From assembly GCA_951406725.2 (NCBI GenBank), contig OX597815.1:195858001-195922000 (forward strand): 64,000 nt of DNA. The letters are read 5' to 3'. Origin of the DNA: Octopus vulgaris. Taxonomy: Eukaryota. The translations under genes were made by a program, and so were the position numbers. This document shows positions 26,319 through 39,023 of the stretch, piece by piece; the stretch's first letter is position 1; each line of letters opens with the position of its first letter. The notes under the pieces were generated by a model. That model was not told where the DNA came from. It saw nothing but the letters and a program-made list of their open reading frames with translations, and ran no database searches.

Positions 26319-29300
26319 AACTATTAACTGAATACTCTGGCTAACTACCAGTGTGTGTATGAATTTCATCGATACTTGAAGTCATTTTGTTCATTCCCCA
26401 CTAGGCGGGACACTAGTAATATACAAAATGTACATGTTTTCATATGCTTTGTATATCTTTACTATACCTAGTATCGTTAGTATATTTTCTAAGAGTGTGT
26501 ATTTTATTGTGTTCATCATAATTATAGTGTATTGATTTTAAAATACACAGCGAGGCCCCATCGAAGAAGTGCTATAGTGACTGCCGTAATACCTAAGCCA
26601 CTTGAATCCTTTGTTTAATTTTTCTCTTGTGCAACCAGCATAATTCAACTAGCGTTTGGTGCATTCAGCAGCGTGCAGCAAATAAGAACAGTACATTTCT
26701 TACATTGTCTATATATCGTAGTATTTCTTTTTGAATTTGTGATGGAGTTAACCTGATACACAATGAACACCTCTAAACAATTTTGCGACTATTTTTAGAG
26801 GTAGGGTGACCAGAAACGCTACCAGAGTTTTCATTACTATCAGGGGCTCAAAATAATATTTTCTATATACACCTAAAGTACAGATGAAGAAATTTTTCTT
26901 TAAAACACTCTTGTTAGGGGAGCTGAGCAAAATCACTGGGGCATTCTGTTAAATTTTACAGCACGTTTTGACTAAGGGTTCTTTCTACTTCTTTCTTGTT
27001 CTAGAAGGACAAAAATTTATAAGAAAAATTTGAACTCTTGTTTTTTTCGTCGACTGACCTTGGATTCAACTGAAAAAAATCTGTTTGTGTCACAGAAATT
27101 GTTGTCAGATGTAAGGGTACCTTCTGATTGATTGATAAATGAAGTGATACGTTTTCTGACCTACCGACCATGCAGCGAAAAGAATTTTAAGTTTCGGTAC
27201 CAATTATGTACCACCACTCATTAAACTGATACAAATAAGTGGTACTTTATTTGTACCACCCAGCTTGAAAGAGTTAACCAGTTGCAAACGATCGTAATTT
27301 GTAAATATATTTATATGTTTCGCGTATTTTCATTATTCTTGTCTTATTTTGAACCTGAATAAGACAGATGCACTTTTGAAATATTGTTCATTGAACAAAG
27401 TCAGTCTGTGTTTTTCATTACAGATCTTGCTTTTCAAGTCGCCTAACAACAAATACGCGTCTTTAATAATGTATAAAGGCAACGAAAGTATTTAATCGTA
27501 AAATCTCTATTGAAAGCATTATCGCCATTTCTAAGAACCAACAGGACGGAAGACCTGACCTCAGCATTTTCTGAAGAAGTTTTCTGAATTTAACTTATAA
27601 TATGAATAATTTAGAGAGAGAAGAAAGATAAAATAAACAATATAAATCCTTTCAGATTTTCAATTGTATAAACATTTTTCTTTCAAATCTTATAGGGAAT
27701 TAGATAATTTTGTTTCACCATTGAGCGAAGATATATATTTGTTTGGAGGGAATTGAGCTAAAATGAATTATGGCGATAAGAGATAAAATGTTCTAAATTT
27801 TAACAATGCCTCGTTGAATAATGTTCTTTTTATCGCTGAAGACGATATCGCTTTTGATTTAAGAGTTTTTTTTTGTTTTCTATTTAATGTACGTTGTTAT
27901 TTTTATTGCTTCTAGAATTCATTGATTCTTTTTCACAATTCTATCTATTTAGTTAACATAGTGTAACATCTAATGCATTTTCGTATTCAATTTCTTTTAT
28001 ATTTTATTTTGACGAAAATATTTATGCTGCTGCCCACAACTAATATAGTTTGTATTATTAAATTTTTGCTCTTTTATTCTGTATTTGTGTTGAATCAATT
28101 ATCACGAAAATATTTATGCACAGCAATTTGCAAATGACTTCGGTGTAGAAAAATAATATGATTTATTTGTGCGGATAAAATTTATGCATCTAGAAGTAAT
28201 GTTTATTATGATAATTTTTTTTCAGTTCATTTGTTCGTTCTTTATTGTTTTACTCTCATTTTAGGGTTTACATGTTAATATAGCTGGCAAGATGATATTG
28301 ACTGATTTATAGAGACCTGGAATTGATTGTGTCACGTGTATGATTCCATTACGCTTTATCATGTTCAAATTCTCTAAAATCAAAACTTAAAGCATCAGAT
28401 TTTCCTGGTAAAATCTAAAACTATGCAAAGTCTTTTCAGACAACTGTATGGATTTACAGTATGTCTCATCACTGAAATGAAGATACGTGGATTTATCTTT
28501 ACAATTTTCTGGTAAATTGATACTACTAATTATGAGGTATTTTCAGACAATAATTTTTACATGACGAAGAATCTTCTTTTCTTTTATCTAGGACTTGGTG
28601 TTATTGAAAAGACCGGTGCCTGAGGAGTGGCATGTTGGATGAAATTTAGTATATCATCAGTCTGGATATAAAACAACCAACCACCATCAGGATCCGGTCT
28701 TGAGAGTAAAAATAGATCGATAGATGAATTTAGCTAAGGGCTCTACTTTTCAGTACTTTTACGAATTCGATTGAAATTTCTGTCCAGTATAAGTGGGTAA
28801 TAGACGTCTGTCATATATTGTTATACTGCAATTATATATTACATCTATTTAGATCTTTGAGATCTAAGAGATCTAAGTAAAACTGAATTTTAACACTTTG
28901 TCTGTCGGGGGTATCACATATGAAAAGAAGACAATTTCCTGGAGTGCTTGCATCATGTATGATACACATTCTCAATTGATTTCGACCACCAGAGTAACAT
29001 AGGATTTATGTAAGGAATGCTTTATATTGCAAGAAGCGTAAGAAACCAAGGCTAACTTAAAGTCTGACAACAAACAGTAACGTTTAGGGCAATCATGCGA
29101 AAAATTTTTAGCCATGCAAAGGATTAAAATATATGTGGTATGTACAAAGTCGTTGATCATTTTCGGAAACGAACAGCAGTGTTGGTCCGTAAGCAGGAAC
29201 ATTATGAACCAGAGAAATGTGAACAGACACACATAGATATAATGACTCTTCAATAAGCATAATAAAGTTGCAGTTACTCCAAAATCTGCTTCTGGTGTTT

Positions 29301-29489
29301 TCTTCAGGGAAATAATCAGCAGTTGTACATGTAATGGGGGGTTTGTAAAGATCATGGATACCATCTCTTCTCGGAGATTAAATTATAAAAATTGCCGTTA
29401 TGCAAAATGCTTGATGCATATTTATAGTAATCCCTTGTTAGTAATTTGATTTCAATTACTTGTTTATTTATCATTCTCTGACGAACTCA

Positions 29490-29905
29490 ATACCTATTTC
29501 TTTACTACCCACAAGGGGCCAAACACAGAGAGGACAAACAAGGACAGACACACGGATTAAGTCGATTATATCGACCCCAGTGCGTAACTGGTACTTATTT
29601 AATCGACCCCGAAAGGATGAAAGGCAAAGTCAACCTCGGCGGAATTTGAACTCAGAACATAAAGAAAGACGAAATACCTATTTCTTTATTACCCACAAGG
29701 GGCTAAACACAGAAGGGACAAACAAGGACAGACATAGGTATTAAGTCGATTACATCGACCCCAGTGCGTAACTGGTACTTATTTAATCGATCCCGAAAGG
29801 ATGAAAGGCAAAGTCAACCTCGGCGGAATTTGAACTCAGAACCTAACGGCAGACGAAATACGGCTACGCATTTCGCCCGGCGTGCTAACGTTTCTGCCAG
29901 CTCGC
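29490..29905 (-). mobile_element. SINE-B head-to-tail dimer
   Basis: Two B bodies joined at aagaaatag|gtatttcgtc (sense). Confidence 0.9.
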
Positions 29906-30302
29906 GTGGAGAAAGACAGGCTCCAGCATTGATAGTTGTGAACGGTAATGTTATGAGTTGCAGAATTAGGCTGTGTGCATTGAAACTGTGTTTCGATTTA
30001 TGATGTTTATGATAAGTGTGTGTGTGTATGTGTGTGAGTGTGTATGTGCGTGTATGTATGTGTGTGTGTGTGTATTTTTATATATATACTGTGTATGGAT
30101 ACGTCAAAAGAGCGTATTCTAGACACACACTTAATGCTAAGACAGGATTTTTATCTACGTGTCTAGGAAACATCATGAATTAATTCGTATCCTCTTCTTT
30201 ATTTATGACATCAGATTACGAACTTCCAGGCTATATACCTGCTTATGTACAAAAACCTTTTTTATGAGCTATTATTTAACTAGTTTTCTTTGTTTTATGC
30301 TT

Positions 30303-30395
<93 letters not shown>

Positions 30396-30465
30396 ATATA
30401 TATATAAATATATATATATGTGTGTGTGTGTATATATGTGTCTGTGTGTGTATATATATATATGT

Positions 30466-30876
30466 TGGCTGTGTGGTAAGTAGCTTGCTAACCAACCACA
30501 TGGTTCCGGGTTTAGTCCCACTGCGTGGCATCTTGGGCAAGTGTCTTCTGCTATAGCCCCGGGCCGACCAATGCCTTGTAAGTGGATTTGGTAGACGGAA
30601 ACTGAAAGAAGCCTGTCGTATATATGTATACATATATATATAAGTGTGTGTGTACATGTTTGTGTGTCTGTGTTTGTCCCCCTAGCATTGCTTGACAGCC
30701 GATGCTGGTGTGTTTACGTCCCCGTCACTTAGCGGTTCGGCAAAAGAGACCGATGGAATAAGTACTGGGCTTACAAAGAATAAGTCCCGGGGTCGATTTG
30801 CTCGACTAAAGGCGGTGCTCCAGCATGGCCGCAATCAAATGACTGAAACAAGTAAAAGAGTAAAGAGTAAAGAGAG
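30466..30876 (+). mobile_element. SINE family A
   Basis: Near-identical to 6582-6997. Confidence 0.92.
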
Positions 30877-31119
30877 GTAGGGAAAATAGAGGGGTGTAAG
30901 AAATTTTAGGTTATCCATGCGAAGTTGTAACTACTTATGTTCTGCGTTTAAATAGTAGAAGATATTTCGGTGAGAGATATGTTAACTGAAATGAATAAAA
31001 GTCAGGATCTAGAGCCGATCATAGCGGACTATAGAGCGAGCCAAAGTTTGAGGTCACTAAAACTTCTCACTGTTGCAGGCAGAAATAATAATTCAGTGTT
31101 TGATTATATTTTCTGCGAA

Positions 31120-31685
31120 AGGCGACGAGCTGGCAGAAACGTTAGCACGCCGGGCGAAATGCTTAGCCGTATTTCGTCTGCCGTTACGTTCTGAGTTCAA
31201 ATTCCGCCGAGGACGACTATGCCTTTCACCCTCTCGGGGTCAATAAATTAAGTACCAGTTACGCACTGGGGTCGATATAATCGACTTAATCCCTTTGTCT
31301 GTCCTTGTTTGTCCCCTCTGTGTGCAGCCCCTTGTGGGTAGTAAAGAAATACGTATTTCGTCTGCGTTCAAATTCCGTCGAGGTCGACTTTGCCTTTCAT
31401 CCTCTCGGGGTCGATAAATTAAGTACCAGTTACACACTGGAGTTGATATAATCGACTTAATCCCTTTGTCTCTGCCTGTTTGTCCCCTCTGTGTTTAGCC
31501 CCTTGTGGGTAGTAAAGAAATAGGTATTTCGTCTTTCTTTACGTTCTGAGTTCAGATTCTGCCGAGGTCGACTTTACCTTTAAACCTTTCGATAAATTAA
31601 GCATCAGTTACGTACTGGGGTTGATCTAATAGACTGGCCCCCACTCCTCCAAAACTTCGGGCCTTGTGCCTAGAGTAGAAACGAT
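31120..31685 (+). mobile_element. SINE-B trimer, last unit with an alternative tail
   Basis: Junctions at gtatttcgtc near 31352 and 31524; final tail ...gggccttgtgcctagagtagaaa. Confidence 0.88.
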
Positions 31686-32270
31686 TATGTTTTCTGGGAT
31701 GAAATAAGGTATTTGACTGACATCCATCCTCTGGACTCGATGAAGTCTAAATCGATTACAGCACTCTTTCAAAATATTCCACTAGCAGTCGAAGCAAAAG
31801 TTTGTTACTAATAATAATAAAGAAGACGATGTAATGGCAAAAATTATTGAAATCCGTGCAAAAGTTACTTTATGATATTTCGTTTCTACTCGCTAATTGT
31901 TCACTTATATAGCTTCCCTTCGTTTCATGGAACAATTATAGTTGCCTTCACAATTCTCTTCCAAGCATGTGACTTTGATAGTGTCTGTATCGTCATAGTC
32001 ATGGCCATCTGAATTAAACAATCGTTCCGTAATCTGAGGGTCCTAGTTCGATCCCTTTGATTGTCAAATAGTGTGAGTGCACTAATCTAAACGGACTTTT
32101 TATGGAAGACAGTTAATGGAGTGTAGATCCAAGAGAACGGATTACTTAAATACATTTCCTAGTCTAAAAGGAATCTGATACCTTTAGCATAATCTACATT
32201 ATTCCAAATATTTGATCCAGGTGTCCAGTCTGTAAATAATAACCTAACATCTTTCTTCCCTCGCCCAACA

Positions 32271-32495
32271 TTACTCGTTACTCTTTTACTCTTTTACTTG
32301 TTTCAGCCATTTGACTGCGGCCATGCTGGAGCACCGCCTTTAGTCGAGCAAATCGACCCCAGGACTTATTCTTTGTAATCCCAGTACTTATTCTATCGGT
32401 CTCTTTTGCCGAACCGCTAGGTAACGGGGGCGTAAGCACACCAGCATCGGTTGTCAAGCAATGCTAGAGGTACAAACACAGACACACAAACATAT

Positions 32496-32526
<31 letters not shown>

Positions 32527-32685
32527 CACATATATACGACGGGCTTCTTTCAGTTTCCGTCTACCAAATCCACTCACAAGGCTTTGGTCGGCCCGAGGCT
32601 ATAGCAGATGCCACGCAGTAGGACTGAAACCGGAACCATGTGGTTGGTTAGCAAGCTACTTACCACACAGCCACTCCTGCGCCTA
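32271..32685 (-). mobile_element. SINE family A
   Basis: Colinear copy with a small internal deletion. Confidence 0.92.
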
Positions 32686-33096
32686 TTAGTAACAGATTTA
32701 TTTAAAAAATCCATATGCGCGCTGTCGTTCTGTCTCTGGCAATATCAGAAACAGAAAGGATTCTTTTTATTACGTAATTCTTCCTCTGTTAAGAAAAATG
32801 GTTATACTGAATTACTGGTTATATTTGCAATAACATTTATTACTGAAACGTTTCGCCATTTAAGATATTTGAATGAAAGAACATGAAAATTGTTAGACTT
32901 GACGTGCAGCTTCAATTGTTTCCTGATATGTGGAGGAAATCTACATATGCCAAGTCGTTGTTATATACACCACGAAGGCTCAAACTGAGCTGACATGATG
33001 AAATATTTATCATGGATCCAGCAGCCGCACAGAGTGCCCTGTTCTTTAATTTAGTCTCCATTAAAGAAGAATAGATATTAGCATACCAAGAAAAGT

Positions 33097-33451
33097 AGAT
33101 GGAACCTACACTCGCCTCCTTATGAGAGCTCAAAATCTCTCGTGGAAGCGTCATCCAACCAAAATGCAAATATATGGGAAACTACCACCTGTGTCATCTC
33201 TTGTGAAAGGTAGGAGAGTCCAGTTTGCTGGACATTGTTGTAGAGCTGAAAACGAGGTAATTTCTACTCTTCTCCTCTGGAAGCCATCTACTCGCAATAC
33301 CAGAGGGCGCACACTCTCCTACCCTGATGTAATCTCCAGGGATACAGGCATCCAGCAACAGGACCTCCGTAATGCCATGATGGACCGTGAAGTCTGGCGT
33401 AGCATGGTAAATTCCATTGTCTCGACCACGGTCGAACAATGATGATGATGA
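33097..33451 (+). mobile_element. RTE-clade LINE 3' fragment
   Basis: ORF 33122..33442 (RRVQFAGHC...LLLWKP...RDTG...AMMDREVWR) is typical of the RTE C-terminus; (TGA)n tail. Confidence 0.85.
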
Positions 33452-33910
33452 GTGTTCGAAATGTCAGTAACCTATCGGCGAAACTGATTTCCTTATCTCA
33501 TTCAGTTACAAACAGGCAACAAAACATATGATAGAGAAACCTCCTCTCTCATTTACTGGCATATGATTAACAATCAATATAAGTTCAACTATATTCACAA
33601 AAACTATTGTTTTATTCTTCTTTCATGATACACATAATCTGAAAATGTATGTTTTGATATATAGTTGCGACTGAGATTGTCTCTAAGATTAATTTTATAG
33701 AACATGAAACGGATAAAATTATACTCAGATCAGGAATGATTTGATTTTCAAATGTAATTAAATATATTATCTATCTATCTATCTCTTATTCTATCTCTAT
33801 ACTCTATATGTACTTGTGTGCAAATGTGTGTAAATGTAAATGTGTGTATATACTCTCTTCCACTATCTTAGAATACTCTTTAACATTCATATAAAATATA
33901 AAGATACACT

Positions 33911-34033
<123 letters not shown>

Positions 34034-34243
34034 ACATATCAATAGATACACATACATATATATAGCCATGTATGCATGCATGTACATATCTATGTACAAT
34101 CATTTATTCAAAATGTTGCTTTTGATATATTTTTGTGTGTATAGGAACGTATGTTATGCTTTACTTATTTAAAATAAGATTCTTTTAGGAGAAATATGTA
34201 TGTTGTACACATATGTACATATATACATACATATATATATGTA

Positions 34244-34303
<60 letters not shown>

Positions 34304-34352
34304 TATATATGTATGTACATATATATGTATGTACATATATATGTATGTACAT

Positions 34353-34428
34353 AAAAACTGTCTGATGAACAGCAACGATAAACTCAGAGTAACAGATTTT
34401 GTTGAATTTTCTGCTGCTTTAAATAAAG
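34353..34428 (+). ncRNA. Solo copy of the Naiad-associated hammerhead (family 3) in a TA microsatellite
   Basis: aaaactgt-CTGATGA-acagcaacga-tAAA-ctcagag-TA-acagatttt; about 75 bp nearly identical to the reverse complement of 60791-60866. Confidence 0.75.
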
Positions 34429-34487
<59 letters not shown>

Positions 34488-35243
34488 ATACATATATATA
34501 TATATATACATACACATATACATACATGTTTTACACATACACACGCACATATGTATACATATACACATGCATGCATAGATACATACATACTTACATAAAT
34601 ACATACATACATACATTAGATATTTTAATGCGAGATTATGGAATGAACACGCTTTACTATAAATCACTACATTTGTTTCGGCGCATCAGTATCAGCTGGT
34701 AATTGCTGATTGCTTCATATATGATACACATTATTACATTAATATGCTCTAACAGTACATATATTTGCATACCGTAAGTATTAATTTTTTTTTTTTTTTT
34801 AATACCAGGGCCTGTCAGAGTGTCTCTCAGTTCACACGATATCAAAGTATGATATATGTAATTTATATTGTAGATTTATAACAGGTCTGATTTAACTATT
34901 TCTTTGTAGAGTTGAACAAAATTAATCGATTTCCAAATCTTACTGGAATCTCATCAGAGGCATCAACCTCAATTTGATCAATTCCATAGAAATAAACAGC
35001 CAATTTGTTAATATTCTCAACAGTATCCAAAGCGTACCAGATGGTATTGACGTGCCATAACAATTGTCGTGTTTTGTAATAAATACCTACGCATTCCATT
35101 ACCGCGTATTAAATTTTGTTTTTGTTTTTGTATACACTCTACAGATTCTAGCACATTTCCTCATAGGTCTCCTGTAAAAGGAAAAGTCCCCCTGTATGCA
35201 AGCATCTTGTAGCTAATGCGGGAAGAGAAGATTTGGAAAGCCA

Positions 35244-35650
35244 AGGCGCAGGAGTGGCTGTGTGGTAAGTGGCTTGCTTACCAACCACATGGTTCCGGGT
35301 TCAGTCCCACTGCGTGGCACCTTGGGCAAGTGTCTTCTACTATAGCCCCGGGTCGACCAAATCCTTCTGAGTGGATTTGGTAGACGGAAACTGAAAGAAG
35401 CCCGTCGTATATATGTATATATATATATATGTTTAGGTGTGCGTGTGTGTTTGTGTGTCTCTGTTTATCCCCCTAGCATTGCTTGACAACCGATGCTGGT
35501 GTGTTTATTTCCCCATAACTTAGCGGTTCGGCAAAAGAGACCGATAGAATAAGTACTGGGCTTACAAAGAATAAGTCCCGGGGTCGAGTTGCTCGATTAA
35601 AGGCGGTGCTCCAGCATGGCCGCAGTCAAATGCCTGGAACAAGTAAAGAG
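35244..35650 (+). mobile_element. SINE family A, full copy
   Basis: Colinear with other family A copies. Confidence 0.92.
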
Positions 35651-35888
35651 AGACAGAGAGTGTAAGTTTATTACCAAGAAAATATATACATACATACATA
35701 CATACATACATACATACATACATACATACATACATACATACATACATACATACATACATGCATGCATTTGTAAGGATATTAGTTTTCTCTGTTTCGCTTC
35801 TTTCTCATTCCGTTATTTCCATTAAACCTCTACACGTTTTCCCCACACTTTTTTCTTATTTTCTCACTGTTCAGTGTACTTTTTTTAA

Positions 35889-35937
<49 letters not shown>

Positions 35938-36022
35938 GAAATATGTTACGAAAAGAAAATATAAAATACACGTGGAAATGTAAGGGTAAAATATGAGGGT
36001 AAAACGTTTTTCATATTTTACT

Positions 36023-36059
<37 letters not shown>

Positions 36060-36290
36060 TGTTATATTTCGGAATGGTCATTTTGCCACTTTATCCAATA
36101 AAAACACACGTACTATATATTTGGTGTTACATTGCTTCAGTGTTATTTATTTTTTACGTTAATCTTAATCTTATTTTATTGGCTAAACTGGCAAAATGAC
36201 CATTCCGAAATATAACAATATCTGTTTCAACACACGACTTCACATAAAAAATCTTGCACAACAAATATATAAACGTATATATATATATAT

Positions 36291-36440
36291 AGGCGTAGGA
36301 GTAGTTGTGTGGTAAGTAGCTTGCATACCAACCACATGGTTCCAGGTTCGGTCCCACTGCGTGGCACCTTGGCCAAATGTCTTCTACTATACCCTTCGGC
36401 CGACCAAAGCCTTGTGAGTGGATCTGGTAGATGGAAACTT
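36291..36440 (+). mobile_element. SINE family A, 5' half
   Basis: Head through ggtagatggaaact. Confidence 0.85.
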
Positions 36441-36466
36441 GATGGCAACATTGAAGAAGAGAATAT

Positions 36467-37147
36467 ATATTTCTTTATTGTCCACAGGGCAATACAGGGG
36501 ACAAACAAGGACAGACAAGGGGATTAAGTCGTCTCCATCGGCCCCAGTGATTAACTGGTACTTATTTAATCGACCCCAAAAGATGAAAGACAATGTCGAC
36601 TTCGGCGGAATTCGAACTCAAAATGTAACAGTAGACGAAATACCACTAGGCATTTAGTCCGTGGTGCTAACGTTTCTGCCAGCTCGCCAGAAGTGAATAT
36701 ATATATATATATTTATTTATTCTTTAAAATATATATTTCTTTATTCAAACTTTTTTATTGCCCACAAGTAGGGGACAAACAAGGACAGAGAAAGAGATTA
36801 AGTCGATTACATCGACCCCAGTGCGTAACTGGTACTTAATTTATCGACCCCGAAAGGATGAAAGTCAAATCGACCTCGGCAGACTTCGATCTCAGAACGT
36901 AAAGACAGACGAAATACCTATTTCTTTAATAACCACAAGGGGCTAAACACAGAGAGGTACAAACAAGGACAAACAAACGGATTAAGTCGATTACATCAAC
37001 CCCAGCGCGTAACTGGTACTTATTTAATCGACACCGAAAGGATGAAAGGCAAAGTCGACCTCGGCGGAATTTGAACTCAGAACGTAGCGGCAGACGAAAT
37101 ACCGCTAAGCATTTCGCCCGGCGTGCTAACGATTCTGCCAACTCGCC
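36467..37147 (-). mobile_element. SINE-B cluster (one copy plus a dimer)
   Basis: Three B bodies; dimer junction at gacgaaatacc|tatttc near 36910. Confidence 0.88.
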
Positions 37148-38582
37148 AGAAAAGAATATATATCAACACCAAGGATTAGAAGTGGAATGTGCGCGAAAGT
37201 AAACAAAGGAGGAAATAGGGAAATGTCCTGTCAGATATCGCTAGAGTTGTATTATGTAATAGATGCGAAAATAAGAGAAGGTAAGAACTGAGAAGAACGT
37301 AAGGTTGAGGAACGACCTTGTAAGAGGGCAGCAAGAGGAAATAAAGGTGACTGGAATGGAATAAAGGAGGATTGTTACAGATGTCCGTAAATTCATTTGA
37401 CTTCAGTCTGGTCAGAGGGGCATTTTCCAGCGACATAAAGGAAGTTACCGTAAGTTTTGCAATTCACTATGATCGTTGAAATTTAATATCCCGTGTATTT
37501 GTTTGAGTTGTACGCGATCATATTCTATTATAAAGGTTTTATTACATTCTAGAAGAAGCGGAAAAGGCGTGGTTACGTATTAAAATTCGTACACGAGCAG
37601 AAATTCACATGCACAAATGGCAAATCACGTAACACAGAGCTAATAATTTATGAAGCAGCTGTCATCTCTATAAAATCCAAGCTAGGAGAGACAAGAAAAC
37701 ATTACACAGGCATGCAGAGAAGTTTAAATAAATATATTATGGATTTATTAATTTATGCACATTTTTATACGCAGAGACAAACAACAATATTAATACATCT
37801 CTTCAGCTTACTTTTTCTCTCGAATCTCACCTTTCTCTTTCTACCACTGTATTTACTACACTTTAATCTCGGACTATTTTATCTTTGTCCTATTCCCCTC
37901 ACCTCTCCAATTTTCATGTGCCACATGTTTATAATTCTAACACTCACCTATCCTCTTCAAACTTTATGTATGTACTTTTCTTTTATTCTTATTTATCGAT
38001 TTCTCTCTTAATTTCACCCAACACAACTTTTCTCTCTAGAGTTATGATAATAAGCTTTGACTTGACCAAAATCTGTAAAGACAGATCCACTCAACGTCAA
38101 TTCAGTTATATTACAAAAGTTATTCAATTTTCCGGAAGTGGAATTTTGAAGGCTGATTGTCTATGTTCTATATGAATATTTCTGCACTTCTAAGAAAAAT
38201 CAACAGAAAACTATTTACGAAAGAGGACTAAGAAAATAGAAACCTGAGATAACACTTAAGTTAAGGTTATTCCTTTTGATTACTGAATAAAAACATATAC
38301 ACATATGTACGCATACAAACGCACGTGCATACATACGCACACACACACACAGCCACATGCATACATACATGCATACAGATAGACAAACAGATCTACATGA
38401 ATTCATATATATATAGATATATGTTTGCGTTTATGTGCTTCTGTGAGTGGGCCATAGAATGGGTAAGAAGGTAATTCTTAATAAGGTTTAGGATTGATTT
38501 CATTTCATGGCATCTTGGACAAGTCTCTTTCATTTGTGTTGAGAGTGTGGACTCATCTCATACGTTTTAGTAATAATTGGAA

Positions 38583-38622
<40 letters not shown>

Positions 38623-38630
<8 letters not shown>

Positions 38631-38935
38631 TTAGTGAATTGAAGAAATTGAGTTGAACGAAGATTGAACAGAAATCGTTTTATTGCATTAAGGGTCTCTC
38701 CTTAATTGCAATCGTTTTATTGAATGCAATAAAACGATTTCTGTTCAATCTTCGTTCAACTCCATTTCTTCAATTCACTAATAATATTAAAATTCAATTA
38801 TCCGCACCAACGCACGGTTGCAACACAATATGGTTGTACATCCAACCGTGCTGTCTTTTGTTGTGATTTTTGCTACCAAGGTATCGGTTAAACTTTTGAT
38901 TAATCTGCAACAAGATTATTCATCTTTCTATTTCA

Positions 38936-38940
<5 letters not shown>
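38623..38940. repeat. Fold-back element in (TA)n with a 67-bp inverted repeat
   Basis: Arms 38623-38689 and 38723-38789 (1 mismatch), 33-nt spacer, unique body to 38940; (TA)n on both sides. Confidence 0.9.

Positions 38941-39020
<80 letters not shown>

Positions 39021-39023
<3 letters not shown>

Noticed and set aside
26748-27277. Possible piggyBac-like relic ending gaaagag-TTAA
   Set aside because: Only one end resembles a TIR; no matching inverted end was found.
32020-32070. Isolated B-box-like gttcgatccc
   Set aside because: Too short and degenerate to assign.
34896-35190. Strong-looking minus-strand splice acceptor (cttttccttttacag) near a 67-aa ORF
   Set aside because: All three frames after the acceptor stop within 25 codons and the peptide is unrecognised; an exon cannot be supported.
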